Source: Thermodesulfobacteriota bacterium (lineage in GTDB: Bacteria > Desulfobacterota > Desulfobacteria > Desulfobacterales > C00003060). Taken from it: a stretch of 64,000 bases of DNA. The position numbers and the translations under genes are program-made. Below the pieces are notes generated by a model that did no database searches, was not told where the DNA came from, and saw only the letters and a list, made by a program, of their open reading frames with translations. This document shows, piece after piece, positions 62,633 to 64,000 of the stretch (within the stretch, counting starts at the first letter, position 1; every line of letters begins with the position of its first letter). The stretch spans positions 64,001-128,000 of the forward strand of contig JAXHVD010000006.1 of assembly GCA_034189385.1 (NCBI GenBank). Reading direction: 5' to 3'.

Positions 62633-62958
62633 TCCCGGGCTTTTGCAGTTATGACACATTTATTCAAATAGTTATGTCAACTTAAGAGGTGCTTTCACGT
62701 CATTGTGTCAGGTCGCGCTAGCCTTATTTTGAGAGAATAGGCGGTCCCTTCCCTCATTATGATTGACAAAAACCATGGAAGTCGGCTTGCGGTTGCCGGC
62801 ACACGGAAAAGGAGAGCTGGTGTGTCAACGAAAAGCGCAACAGAGTGCGCCGCGGTCTAGGCAACGTAACCATTTGCGATTATAAAAAGCTCCGCTTCAA
62901 GACCTCTAGGGGGACCACTGTCATAAACAAGCTGTCACCTGCCCTTTGACCTTAAGAA

Positions 62959-62974
62959 TGGCGCACTAGTTGCT
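62959..62974 (+). promoter_or_regulatory. sigma54 promoter
   Basis: TGGCGCACTAGTTGCT matches TGGCRC-N5-TTGCW. Confidence 0.7.
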
Positions 62975-62984
62975 GATAAGATGT

Positions 62985-63074
62985 GTAAACGGTAGCAAGG
63001 CCTTTTCGGTTTGTTGCTTCTTACCCACCCTTGAACCCTGTTAGGCTTTCACTCGCTTAACAGGGTTTTTCTTT
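62985..63074 (+). ncRNA. Candidate sigma54-dependent small RNA (~90 nt)
   Basis: Lies between a sigma54 site and an intrinsic terminator; 5' hairpin, CU-rich linker, no ORF. Confidence 0.55.
63034..63074 (+). terminator. Intrinsic terminator
   Basis: AACCCTGTTA/TAACAGGGTT stem (extendable to 13 bp) followed by TTTCTTT. Confidence 0.8.
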
Positions 63075-63227
63075 GTCCCAAAATTCTATCGTGATTTAGT
63101 AAGATTATCCGTTAATTAGCAGGTTATAGCGCCAATTCCCTTTACAAGCCCGAGGAAAAAGCGTCACCTCGCCTTTACCACATCTTTCCTGGGGCTCTGA
63201 TTTCAAGAGATACTGACTAGTTTCTGT

Positions 63228-64000
63228 CTACCACGCAGGCACTCTCACCTCTTGGGTCAAGCTTACAGCAGCGCCATGGTTGTCAGCCGCAGTGAGTTTT
63301 ACTACAAAAATGCCCGGGACTTTGTATGTATGCGTGACGGTTTCCCCTGAACCAGTGGTGCCGTCGCCAAAATCCCAGCCGTAGTGTGCGATATATCCAT
63401 CTGGGTCTGTGGCACTTCCTGTAAATGACAGGGCAAAGGGGCTGCCACCTACGGGAGAGGCAAAGATTGCGACCTGGCGGGGCGGTTTGTTCGAGGCTTC
63501 TTCGGAAATTTTGGTTCGTGTCTTCAATTCATAGGAAACTTCAGGAACCTGCATGGGCCTTATCTCCTCTATTCCACCTCTCCTGCAGGCCCAACCCCCC
63601 AACTCTATCCCAACAACCACCGCATAGTTGCTATCGTCTTCCATGTACCCGCTGTTATAACTGGCTAGAAGAAACGCGTTCGTACCTGCTACAAAGGGGT
63701 AGGCCACTTTAAGGTGGCCCGTGCCCTCGTCATCGTCTGCTCGGACGACTCCCAAGTCCCCGTCCACCAACAGGCCGTTTTCAAAGGCATAATCAAAATG
63801 GAGTCCATACTTGTCCCGAACCTTCAGGTAGGTGTCTGTAACAAGAAGATCTGAGGCTACGTAGCGCTCCGTGGAGGATATGTTGTCGTCAGAGTCTAGC
63901 GCTTCTGTCATAAAGGCTCCAACACTCCCCCAGTCAAACAGATAGGCTCCCACAAGGCTCAACTGGCTCAGACTTGCTGTGTCGTCATAGTCATCAAGGT
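63228..64000 (-). CDS. PKD domain protein with probable beta-barrel N-terminal region (5'-partial)
   Basis: F.GSA.DPDG.I..Y.WDFGDG...G..VTHTY..PG PKD motif; frame is open to the window edge. Confidence 0.8.
   Translation of the reverse strand, partial: LDDYDDTASLSQLSLVGAYLFDWGSVGAFMTEALDSDDNISSTERYVASDLLVTDTYLKVRDKYGLHFDYAFENGLLVDGDLGVVRADDDEGTGHLKVAYPFVAGTNAFLLASYNSGYMEDDSNYAVVVGIELGGWACRRGGIEEIRPMQVPEVSYELKTRTKISEEASNKPPRQVAIFASPVGGSPFALSFTGSATDPDGYIAHYGWDFGDGTTGSGETVTHTYKVPGIFVVKLTAADNHGAAVSLTQEVRVPAW

Noticed and set aside
1..64000. Selenocysteine or pyrrolysine read-through
   Set aside because: No recognised protein appeared truncated at an in-frame TGA/TAG with homology continuing beyond it

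Overview
A 64 kb chromosomal window from a Gram-negative anaerobe. Gene content suggests a Desulfobacterota (deltaproteobacterial) genome; this is an inference. Left to right: (1) a possible island remnant beside tRNA-Val(GAC), with a SWIM protein, a conserved hypothetical and an OM beta-barrel; (2) housekeeping and metabolic genes, including leuA with an unannotated Leu-rich leader-peptide attenuator, a His-type Thi4, priA and a 2-oxoacid:ferredoxin oxidoreductase operon; (3) two convergent cobalamin-riboswitch operons, btuB plus a BtuH-like surface protein and btuFDC, the latter with a MITE inside the riboswitch leader; (4) ade, dnaJ, a degenerate YchF and a TPM/NTase/LemA/EndoQ-UvrD cluster; (5) a 47-63 kb signalling region with HD-GYP, a motA remnant, a MotB/OmpA lipoprotein, MshEN-PilB plus HDOD, a hybrid kinase, CheW/MCP, a PilZ-like protein and several sigma54-type promoters. 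The most notable candidates are a K+ channel fused to an intact receiver domain (with a possible MthK-style internal start) and an ORF-less sigma54-promoter-to-terminator unit that looks like an sRNA. All calls are by eye from sequence motifs; no searches were run.
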